This document shows, one piece after another, positions 18,955-26,319 of a DNA stretch of 64,000 nt. Numbering within the stretch: position 1 is the stretch's first letter; the number at the start of each line of letters is the position of its first letter. The notes below the pieces were generated by a model that did not search any database, was not told the DNA's origin, and was given only the letters and a program-made list of their open reading frames with translations. Made by a program: the position numbers and the translations under genes. The DNA lies in assembly GCA_030827475.1 (NCBI GenBank), contig JAUREJ010000006.1:4024-68023 (forward strand), written 5' to 3'. The stretch comes from Poseidonia sp. (lineage in GTDB: Archaea; Thermoplasmatota; Poseidoniia; Poseidoniales; Poseidoniaceae).

Positions 18955-20054
18955 TCCTCTTCCTCCTTCGTAGGGAGGGCATCGAGAACATCGCTCGCCA
19001 ATCGCTCTGCATCCTCGATTTGCGTGAGCAGCGTGAGGTCGGAAAGGGCTCCAGGCCGTTGGAGGGAGGTCATCAATTCTAGGAACACCTCGGCGGACAA
19101 TCGGGTCAACTCAACCGTTTCAGGGTCCAAACCCACCTTCTCGGCTTCGGGAAGAAGAGCGATGTACTCCGGTTCCTCGGAGAGAATCTCCTCCATGGCG
19201 CCTTCAACCTCCTTTGCGATGTCCTCGGCTTGGCGTTCGAGAATGTCTTCCATCGAACTCTTCAAACCAAGACCTGGTGAGGAAGGCGTCGGTGCTTCTC
19301 CCAACGTTGCCCCTTTGCTGAGGTCATTGAACGAAGGCGCGGTGTTGGTCGCGCCGTTTTGGGTTTCAGCCTTGGAAAGCGTAGGAGTAGCTTGCGCAAT
19401 TTGGGAACCTTCCCCCGAACCCACCAATCGGTTGAGCGCTAATCGAAGCATTTCGGTCATGGTGGCGCTCGATACACGCTCTTCCTCTTCTGTCGCCTGG
19501 CCTTCTTCGGCCATCTGCTCACGGAGTGAAGCGACAAATTCGTCGTCGATGTTTCCCGATTCCACCAAGCGACGGAGCATGGGTAAGGCCCACTCGCTGT
19601 CGTTCATCGTCATGCCCACATCGAACCGAGGTGCGCCGAACCCACCCCCTGCGGAAGCAGCAACCTCGGCCGGCGGTGCGACAAATTGTTTGGAAGCGTG
19701 ACGTTGTATCTGGGAAATGAGTTGGTTCATGTCAACGGGCTTACCGATCACCTCGGCGACGCCCGCCATCGCAGCCGAAGCCAAATAATCGGGAGCGGTG
19801 GTTCGGGACAACACCACCGTGCGCGTGGTGGTTCGGAATTTGGGGTGCCCGCTCAAGCGCTGGCAGGTGTCCAAAGCGCTGCCCTGCATCCATTCCCCTT
19901 CGAGCAGAAGAACGTTCGGCAACACGACTGCCGCGGTTGCCTCGGCTTGCGCAAGCGTGCTCAATCGGGTGACATCGTAGCCGTTGCGCTCAAAGGTGTT
20001 GGCGAGCAGGTTCCGTCTGCCTTCGTTTTCATCAGCGATGATGATGCTCGCCAT
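18951..20054 (-). CDS. Receiver-domain-like protein (Glu at the phosphoacceptor position) with an uncharacterised acidic C-terminal region
   Basis: The N-terminus aligns by eye to CheY-like REC: IIIADENEG (acidic pair), VLLLEGEW (Glu where Asp57 is expected), VVLSR (Thr/Ser position) and VIGKPVD (conserved Lys). The remaining 240 aa or so are E/A/S-rich and unassigned. Confidence 0.6.
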   Translation of the reverse strand: MASIIIADENEGRRNLLANTFERNGYDVTRLSTLAQAEATAAVVLPNVLLLEGEWMQGSALDTCQRLSGHPKFRTTTRTVVLSRTTAPDYLASAAMAGVAEVIGKPVDMNQLISQIQRHASKQFVAPPAEVAASAGGGFGAPRFDVGMTMNDSEWALPMLRRLVESGNIDDEFVASLREQMAEEGQATEEEERVSSATMTEMLRLALNRLVGSGEGSQIAQATPTLSKAETQNGATNTAPSFNDLSKGATLGEAPTPSSPGLGLKSSMEDILERQAEDIAKEVEGAMEEILSEEPEYIALLPEAEKVGLDPETVELTRLSAEVFLELMTSLQRPGALSDLTLLTQIEDAERLASDVLDALPTKEEEE

Positions 20055-20204
20055 GGACCCGCCTCCGTTCCAAAAGGAGAACGAGAGTTGCTTTCAACCT
20101 CTCCCCTCAATTCGAAGGCGGAGGGAGGTTTGAGCTTTGCAAATCCACCGCTCACGAGCCTCATGGCCGCAATCCATCTAAACCAAGATACGGTCACTCC
20201 CTGC

Positions 20205-21029
20205 ATGGCCACGAAAACCGATGTGGAACCACTCGGCCGGAAGGCCGCTCTTCATCGGATTATCTTTGAAGCCGACACCGCCTCGGGAAAATTCTTCGAT
20301 GTTGCCCTTTTGGTAGCCATTTTAGCATCCATCATGACCGTTTCCCTTGAGTCCGTGAATTCCGTTAACGCCGAACATCACGCCTTGTTGCGGACGGTGG
20401 AATGGGTGATTACGTTGCTTTTCACCGTGGAATACGCCTTGCGTTTGTATGCCACCGAGAATTCAAAGGAATACGCCACCTCCTTTTACGGTCTGGTTGA
20501 TTTATTGGCCATCCTACCAACGTACCTCAGCCTCGTCGTTGCAGGAGCGCAAAGCTTGCTCGTCATCCGAGCGATCCGTTTGTTGCGAATTTTCAGGGTG
20601 TTTAAACTCGGCCGATACATCGCAGAAGCCAACATGCTCGGTCAGGCCGTGGCGCAATCAAAAACACGCATCATCATCTTCCTGTTCACCGTGACCGTTC
20701 TCGGGTTTATCTCTGGAGCGTTCATGTACCTCATCGAGGGGCCGCAAAACGGATTCACCTCCATCCCACAAAGCGTCTATTGGGCCCTGACGACCATCAC
20801 CGGAACGGGATACGGCGACACGGTCCCGCTGACGCCAGCTGGAAAGATGCTGGCGGTGTTCATCATGGTCTTGGGCTACAGCCTCATCATCGTCCCAACG
20901 GGGATTCTCTCTTCAGAACTGGTCCGACTGAGCGAAGTGACGACCCGTTCCTGTCAAGCCTGCTCGAGAGAAGGGCACGATGCAAATGCCAAGCACTGCA
21001 AGCATTGCGGTGAAGCCTTGCCTAGTTGA
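20205..21029 (+). CDS. Voltage-gated-type K+ channel with C-terminal zinc-ribbon-like CxxC...CxxC tail
   Basis: The S4-like segment LLVIRAIRLLRIFRVFKLGRY has a basic residue at every third position. The selectivity filter is TTITGTGYGD. The tail is CQACSREGHDANAKHCKHCGEAL. Start set at ATG 20205; ATG 20163 is also possible. The long 5' extension in the ORF track is antisense to the REC gene. Confidence 0.8.
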   Translation: MATKTDVEPLGRKAALHRIIFEADTASGKFFDVALLVAILASIMTVSLESVNSVNAEHHALLRTVEWVITLLFTVEYALRLYATENSKEYATSFYGLVDLLAILPTYLSLVVAGAQSLLVIRAIRLLRIFRVFKLGRYIAEANMLGQAVAQSKTRIIIFLFTVTVLGFISGAFMYLIEGPQNGFTSIPQSVYWALTTITGTGYGDTVPLTPAGKMLAVFIMVLGYSLIIVPTGILSSELVRLSEVTTRSCQACSREGHDANAKHCKHCGEALPS

Positions 21030-22215
21030 CGATGTCTTGGGGGGCTGCCGCATACCACGCCATGATGCCACCTTGGAGGTTGAACAAGCGGTTCGCATCC
21101 CATCCGGCACTCACCAACGTGTTGGCAGCTAACTGAGAGCGCATACCGCCTTTGCAATGAAGCAGGATGTCCGTGTCTTTGGGCAATTCGTCCAAAACCG
21201 AGAGCACTTCGGGATGGGGTACGTGAAGTGAAAAATCAGCGATACGGACTTGCTCGTGTTCACCGTCGGAGCGAACATCAAGAATGAACGGAGCCCAACC
21301 GTTGGCGCGTCGTTCAAGCACTTCGTCCATGGAGATTTGGTGGACCATGTTTTCATCTGGAGAGGAAGGGGATATTTGTTCTTCCGACATCGGATTCCCT
21401 GACCCGTTCACCGAACACCACGCCTCTTCAGAGAGCAGACCTGCCGCTTGGGAAAGGTCGGTCACCGGTTGGCGATTTGGGTCTGAGGAAAAGGAAAGCC
21501 GATTGAATTCCATCGTGAGCGCATCGTAGACGAGAAGAACGCCGCTCAGCGATGGTGGAAGACCGAGCAGGAGTTTGATGGCTTCGGTGGCTTGCAACAC
21601 ACCGACAACGCCGGGTAGCACGCCAAACACGCCGGCATCAGAGCAGGAAGGAACGGCTTCGGGAGGCGGTGGTTCGGGGAAGAGGTCACGATAGCAAGGC
21701 CCGCCTTCGTGATTGAAGAGGGAAACCTGCCCTTCGAAGCGGAACACGGAGCCGTACACCCAGGGGGTTCCAAGCAACGAACATGCATCGTCGACCAGAT
21801 ACCGTGTGGGCAGGTTGTCGGTACCATCGAGAACAAGATCCCACCCCTCCATGATTTCGAGGGCGTTTTCGGGATGAAGCCGTGTTGAGTACGTGATGAC
21901 CTCAACCTCAGGATCCAAGGCGTTGAGGGTTGCCTGAGCCGAGTCTACCTTCGGTGTTCCTACGTCCTCGGTCGCATGGAGGATTTGGCGCTGGAGATTG
22001 CTCAAGTCGACCGTGTCGTCGTCCACCAACCCGATGCGACCAATACCGGCAGCTGCGAGGTACAACGCTGCGGGTGAACCGAGTCCGCCAGCCCCGATAA
22101 TCAAGACGCTCGAGGCATTGAGCCGACGCTGTCCATCAAGGCCCACATTGGGCAAGGTGATGTGCCTTGCATGTCGCGTCACATCCACCATGAACGGGCG
22201 ACGAGCCAGCCCCAC
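21022..22215 (-). CDS. ThiF/MoeB-family E1-like adenylyltransferase fused to a C-terminal rhodanese domain
   Basis: Nucleotide-binding motif IIGAGGLGSPAALYLAAAGIGRIGLVDDDTVDLSNLQRQ. The rhodanese active-site loop is HCKGGMRS. Confidence 0.85.
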   Translation of the reverse strand: MGLARRPFMVDVTRHARHITLPNVGLDGQRRLNASSVLIIGAGGLGSPAALYLAAAGIGRIGLVDDDTVDLSNLQRQILHATEDVGTPKVDSAQATLNALDPEVEVITYSTRLHPENALEIMEGWDLVLDGTDNLPTRYLVDDACSLLGTPWVYGSVFRFEGQVSLFNHEGGPCYRDLFPEPPPPEAVPSCSDAGVFGVLPGVVGVLQATEAIKLLLGLPPSLSGVLLVYDALTMEFNRLSFSSDPNRQPVTDLSQAAGLLSEEAWCSVNGSGNPMSEEQISPSSPDENMVHQISMDEVLERRANGWAPFILDVRSDGEHEQVRIADFSLHVPHPEVLSVLDELPKDTDILLHCKGGMRSQLAANTLVSAGWDANRLFNLQGGIMAWYAAAPQDIVN

Positions 22216-22230
22216 ATGAAGGAAACGCCC

Positions 22231-23160
22231 TCAGTGGACGTTCTCTTCAAGCCATTTTTCCACGTCAATGGCTGCGGAACATCCCATGCCTGCGGCGGTG
22301 ATGGCTTGCTTGTAGCGCGTGTCGACGACATCGCCTGCTGCGAACACACCTGGCACCGATGTCATCGTGTGTTCCTTGTGAACGATGTAGCCGTTGGCGT
22401 CGGTTTCAACCTGACCGCCGAGGAAGTCGGTGATGGGGGTGTGGCCGATGGCGATGAACGCCCCCGTCGCTTCGATGATTTCGGTGGAACCGTCCTGGGT
22501 GTTTTCCAAAACCGCCCCGGTCAGGCCCTTCTCGTCGGAGAGCCACTCCTTGATTTGACGGAACGTGCGAATTTCGATTTTCGGGTTGTTCGCCGCCCGC
22601 TCGTACATGATGGTGGACGCCTTGAAAACATCTCGCCGATGGATCAGGGTGACTTTGCTTGCGAACCTCGTGAGGAAGGTCGCCTCTTCACAGGCGGAGT
22701 CGCCTCCTCCAATCACAAGCACATGCTCGTTGCGGAAAAACGCCCCGTCACAGGTGGCGCACGTTGAGATGCCTCGTCCTTTTTGTTCGGCTTCACCCGG
22801 GGCATCAAGCCACACGGACTCGGCTCCGGTGCAGACGATGATGGAATGGGTGAGGTAGGTCTCGCCTTCAACCAAGACCTTGAACGGGCGTTGGGAGACA
22901 TCAACCTCATCGACGTTGCGGTCTTGAACCTCAAGGCCAAAACGCTCGGCTTGCTCTCGAAGTTGCATCATCATCTCCGGACCGCCGATGCCCTCCGGGT
23001 AACCGGGAAAATTCTCAATGTCGCTGGTCAACATGAGTTGGCCTCCCGACATGTAACCTGCAAACATGAGCGGGTTGAGCATGGCACGGCCGGCGTACAA
23101 ACCGGCGGTGTAACCTGCAGGTCCTGAACCGATGATGATGACGTTGCGCACTTCAGACAT
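22231..23160 (-). CDS. trxB: Thioredoxin-disulfide reductase
   Basis: GSGPAGYTAG FAD motif, redox-active CATCDG, GGGDSACEEA NADPH motif and C-terminal GVFAAGDV. Confidence 0.9.
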   Translation of the reverse strand: MSEVRNVIIIGSGPAGYTAGLYAGRAMLNPLMFAGYMSGGQLMLTSDIENFPGYPEGIGGPEMMMQLREQAERFGLEVQDRNVDEVDVSQRPFKVLVEGETYLTHSIIVCTGAESVWLDAPGEAEQKGRGISTCATCDGAFFRNEHVLVIGGGDSACEEATFLTRFASKVTLIHRRDVFKASTIMYERAANNPKIEIRTFRQIKEWLSDEKGLTGAVLENTQDGSTEIIEATGAFIAIGHTPITDFLGGQVETDANGYIVHKEHTMTSVPGVFAAGDVVDTRYKQAITAAGMGCSAAIDVEKWLEENVH

Positions 23161-23262
23161 GACGGTTCCCAGCGTTCGGTGAAGAACGGGGGTGTTTGAA
23201 GATTCGCCCGCGGCCGTCTTTCAAGCCAAAAAGGAATAGAACCGAAACAGACGACTCTGCGC

Positions 23263-23940
23263 ATGGACGACCAATGGATGGCAGCCTTAGGCATGGGCGT
23301 GTACGTCATGATGGTGCTGTACGCCACCAAAATTCCCTACGTCATGATGGTTGACCGAGGCATGGAGCACATTCGAGCGGTGTATTACAACAGGAAAATT
23401 GTCCACATGTTCGCAGGTGGCGTTGGCTCCCTCAGCGTCCCGTTTTTGTTCACCGACTTCTATTACCCCATGCTGGCTGGCCTGCTTCTGACCGTCATGC
23501 TCTACGCCTCTCATCGCGCTGGCGTGGTCATGCATTGGTTCCAAACCGAGCAGAACCAAAACGACGTCAAGTTCGCCTTGATGTGGTGGGTCTCGATATC
23601 GCTGATTTGGTGGTTGGTGAACGACCCATGGTTGGCCATCGTCCCCTCGTTGTTCATGGCGTTCGGAGATGGTGTTACCGGCGTTGTTCGAAACGCCGTC
23701 GTCCGAAAGCGCTCAAAAAGTCCGATTGGGAACGTCTTCATGTTCATCGTCAGTGCTCCCATGGGCTGGTTTGCGGCCAGCGCCGGCGACCCCAGCATAC
23801 CCGTTTGGGGTCTACTTTCAGCCACCGTGGCCACCGTGGTGGAACGCTACGAGTTTGGCCCCATCGATGACAACATTCTGATCACCGTGGCCGCCACGGC
23901 CGTGCTCCTTATCGGCGTTCAAATCGGCCCGCTGCTTTGA
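23263..23940 (+). CDS. Polytopic membrane protein; possible CTP-dependent polyprenol kinase / CdsA-superfamily member
   Basis: About seven hydrophobic segments. The AFGDGVTGVVR loop is reminiscent of dolichol/phytol kinase-type motifs. The assignment is weak. Confidence 0.45.
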   Translation: MDDQWMAALGMGVYVMMVLYATKIPYVMMVDRGMEHIRAVYYNRKIVHMFAGGVGSLSVPFLFTDFYYPMLAGLLLTVMLYASHRAGVVMHWFQTEQNQNDVKFALMWWVSISLIWWLVNDPWLAIVPSLFMAFGDGVTGVVRNAVVRKRSKSPIGNVFMFIVSAPMGWFAASAGDPSIPVWGLLSATVATVVERYEFGPIDDNILITVAATAVLLIGVQIGPLL

Positions 23941-24052
23941 TTCTCCTTACGAGAAATCGGCATCGGGTTGTGATGGACACCCACCGCAGTGAATCGGTGC
24001 AGAAGAGATCATTGCAGACAACATCGTGTTCGCAAGACGCTGGTGGGCGTCT

Positions 24053-24460
24053 TCACTGACCGATAACGGTGTAGTCGTCGCTGAGCGGCGTTGCTCCCGT
24101 TTCAACGTGGATGATCTTCCCGTCCTTGAATCGGTAGAAGGCCAGGACGGCCTCGGAAGTGGATCCGTTGGCGAAGTGTGCGACCGAATGCGCTACACCG
24201 ACTTCGTTGTTCTCAAACAAGATTCGATGGGATTCCGTACGCACGGCACCAATGCCGGCAAAGGCCATGATGTCGCTCTTGGACATGACCATACCCCCGA
24301 CGTGGGGGTGAAACTTGCAGTCGTCGTGAATCACGTTGTCAAGGGCGTCTTTATCTCCGGATTGGAAGGCGAGTTCGTACTGTTCGAGGATGCTCATGGT
24401 CCAAACAGAACCAACTGACAAATAATCCCTTTCCATCAACTTCATGGCGGAATTGGGCAA
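24053..24460 (-). CDS. SnoaL/NTF2-like small protein
   Basis: 135 aa with the pattern LEQYELAFQSGDKDALDNVIHDDCKF...FKDGKIIHVE, typical of NTF2-like folds. By-eye call only. Confidence 0.45.
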   Translation of the reverse strand: MPNSAMKLMERDYLSVGSVWTMSILEQYELAFQSGDKDALDNVIHDDCKFHPHVGGMVMSKSDIMAFAGIGAVRTESHRILFENNEVGVAHSVAHFANGSTSEAVLAFYRFKDGKIIHVETGATPLSDDYTVIGQ

Positions 24461-24491
24461 GGTTTGTCATCGGCCCTTCGCTCGCCCGACC

Positions 24492-25481
24492 ATGCGAATC
24501 CATTGCCTCGGTGGCGGCCTCGTGGGCTCCTTTGTCACTCGAAGACTGGTGGAAGCGGGGTTGGACGTCCACCTCTACGACATCGTGCCTCGGGAATCAC
24601 CGGCAACCTTCCACTTGGGCAACGCTCTGCAAGCCGACCACACCATCGCCGACCTCATCGTCAACATGGTCCCGGGTTCCATTGGTCATGCCGTCCTTCA
24701 GGCCGTGACCCGAACGGGCGTTCCCGTGATCGACCTCTCCTTTAGCGAAAGCACCCCCGATGCGTTGGAGAGCCCACTCAGCCCGGTGCTGTGGGACGTT
24801 GGCATTGCCCCGGGCTTGTCCAACATGCTGGTCGCCTTGGCCCATCGCAATCACGGTCACCTCGACGAGGTGAGCATCAAAGTCGGCGGCAATCCGGCTC
24901 AACCGGACGGAGCGTGGTCCTACATGGCCCCGTTCTCACCTCACGACGTGATCGCCGAATACACCCGCCCAGCACGCATTGTAAGCAACAATAAACTCGC
25001 GGTGGTCCCGGCCATGAGCGACCTTCATCCCATCGATGCCAACGGACGGGCGATGGAAGCGTTTCTCACCGATGGATTGCGTTCCTTGGTGGACCTGCCT
25101 GCGACGTCCATGGGCGAATACACCGTCCGTTGGCCCGGGCATATCCAGCGTTACCAAAACACGGACCTGCACCCCGACGAATTGGTTGAAGCTTGGCGGT
25201 ACGACGCAAGCCGACCGGAATTCACCTGGATGGAGGTTCGTTGCCGAGCCGGCGATGTAGAAGAGGTATGGACCGTTGAAGACACGGGCAAGGACGGCGA
25301 TTCAAGCATGGCTCGCACGACCGGACTCGTGACCGTGGGATGCGTTCTGGCATGGCGAGATAGCGCCCTTTTCAGCGATGGCGTTCATCCTCCTGAAGAC
25401 CTGGCGACGGAAACCATCGAGACGATCATTGAGGGGATGAGACAGGAAGGGGTGTCGGTGACCTACGTCACTCAGGCCTAA
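24492..25481 (+). CDS. Saccharopine-dehydrogenase-like NAD(P)-binding oxidoreductase
   Basis: The Rossmann start is MRIHCLGGGLVGSFVTRRLVEAGLDVHLYD. Length and C-terminal region are consistent with the Sacchrp_dh family. Start moved to ATG 24492. Confidence 0.6.
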   Translation: MRIHCLGGGLVGSFVTRRLVEAGLDVHLYDIVPRESPATFHLGNALQADHTIADLIVNMVPGSIGHAVLQAVTRTGVPVIDLSFSESTPDALESPLSPVLWDVGIAPGLSNMLVALAHRNHGHLDEVSIKVGGNPAQPDGAWSYMAPFSPHDVIAEYTRPARIVSNNKLAVVPAMSDLHPIDANGRAMEAFLTDGLRSLVDLPATSMGEYTVRWPGHIQRYQNTDLHPDELVEAWRYDASRPEFTWMEVRCRAGDVEEVWTVEDTGKDGDSSMARTTGLVTVGCVLAWRDSALFSDGVHPPEDLATETIETIIEGMRQEGVSVTYVTQA

Positions 25482-25501
25482 ACAAGACCAACCGTCTTGT
25501 T
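25481..25501 (+). terminator. Perfect 8-bp hairpin immediately after the stop codon of the 24492..25481 gene
   Basis: AACAAGAC-caacc-GTCTTGTT read directly from the sequence. It overlaps the last base of the TAA stop. No strong T-run follows. Confidence 0.3.
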
Positions 25502-25524
25502 GCTATGGTTACTGTTGTGGCTCA

Positions 25525-25549
25525 AAGGTGAAAGTATTTTCTTCTCCTT
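25525..25549 (-). terminator. Imperfect hairpin 27 nt downstream of the last island gene (possible operon terminator)
   Basis: AAGGTGAA-9 nt-TTCTCCTT (8 bp, one mismatch) lies between the convergent genes ending at 25481 (+) and 25576 (-). Confidence 0.2.
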
Positions 25550-25575
25550 GTGACAAATCTATTCAGTTGCTCTGG

Positions 25576-26319
25576 TTAATCTTTGAGTCCATCGAGAAAA
25601 TCATCGGTTAAATCATCAATGATTTTCTTACCTCGAGGCCACGCCCACCCGATTGCAGCAACCATGCCGAGCAACGGTGCATATCTGTATTGAAGTGCTT
25701 GACAGGCATCAGTTGTCCCTGCAAACATGTCCACTTGACTCAGCAATGCGCCTGCATCTTCTTCACAGGAGATGTTGATTAAAGCAACACCTGCAGATGG
25801 GACAATAGCTGCAATAGTGTAAACCATGATTGCTGTCGAAAGCAGCGTGCACCATGTTATCCGCTCTTTGCCGGGGTCGAGTAATTTCTTTTTGTTCTTC
25901 AATACCAACAACATTGGAACGGATAATGCTGTACAAAAGAGGAAAAATGGCCAGCCAAAAATTTCGGAAAATTGTGCAATCTCATCGGGGTTTGCGATCA
26001 GAATAGCAGAACCTCCCATGGCAATAAACAAGCCGGATGCGACGTTTCCAGTTCGAGCTAAGAAATAACATGAAAGAGGAGCAATGAACAGTTGTCCAGT
26101 AACGAAGACTGCAAGAATCCATTCAAGTCCAGTAGGAAGTCCCCAGTTCTCCATCGCTGACGCATAGGATGTTTGTTCAGTCAATGTATAGGCCATTCCA
26201 GGACAAATAATGGCAAGAGACAGGAGCCATTTTACTGGGTTGTTTCGAATATCACTCATCAACGAATCTTCTTCTGAAAAAGATTCTATGACATCATCTA
26301 AAATATATTCACTGCTCAT
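25576..26319 (-). CDS. Island gene 11: polytopic membrane protein (247 aa), unknown function
   Basis: About six hydrophobic segments. The ATG overlaps the stop of the upstream 976-aa gene by 1 nt (TAATG). AAAGGAGG lies 8 nt upstream of the start. Confidence 0.7.
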   Translation of the reverse strand: MSSEYILDDVIESFSEEDSLMSDIRNNPVKWLLSLAIICPGMAYTLTEQTSYASAMENWGLPTGLEWILAVFVTGQLFIAPLSCYFLARTGNVASGLFIAMGGSAILIANPDEIAQFSEIFGWPFFLFCTALSVPMLLVLKNKKKLLDPGKERITWCTLLSTAIMVYTIAAIVPSAGVALINISCEEDAGALLSQVDMFAGTTDACQALQYRYAPLLGMVAAIGWAWPRGKKIIDDLTDDFLDGLKD

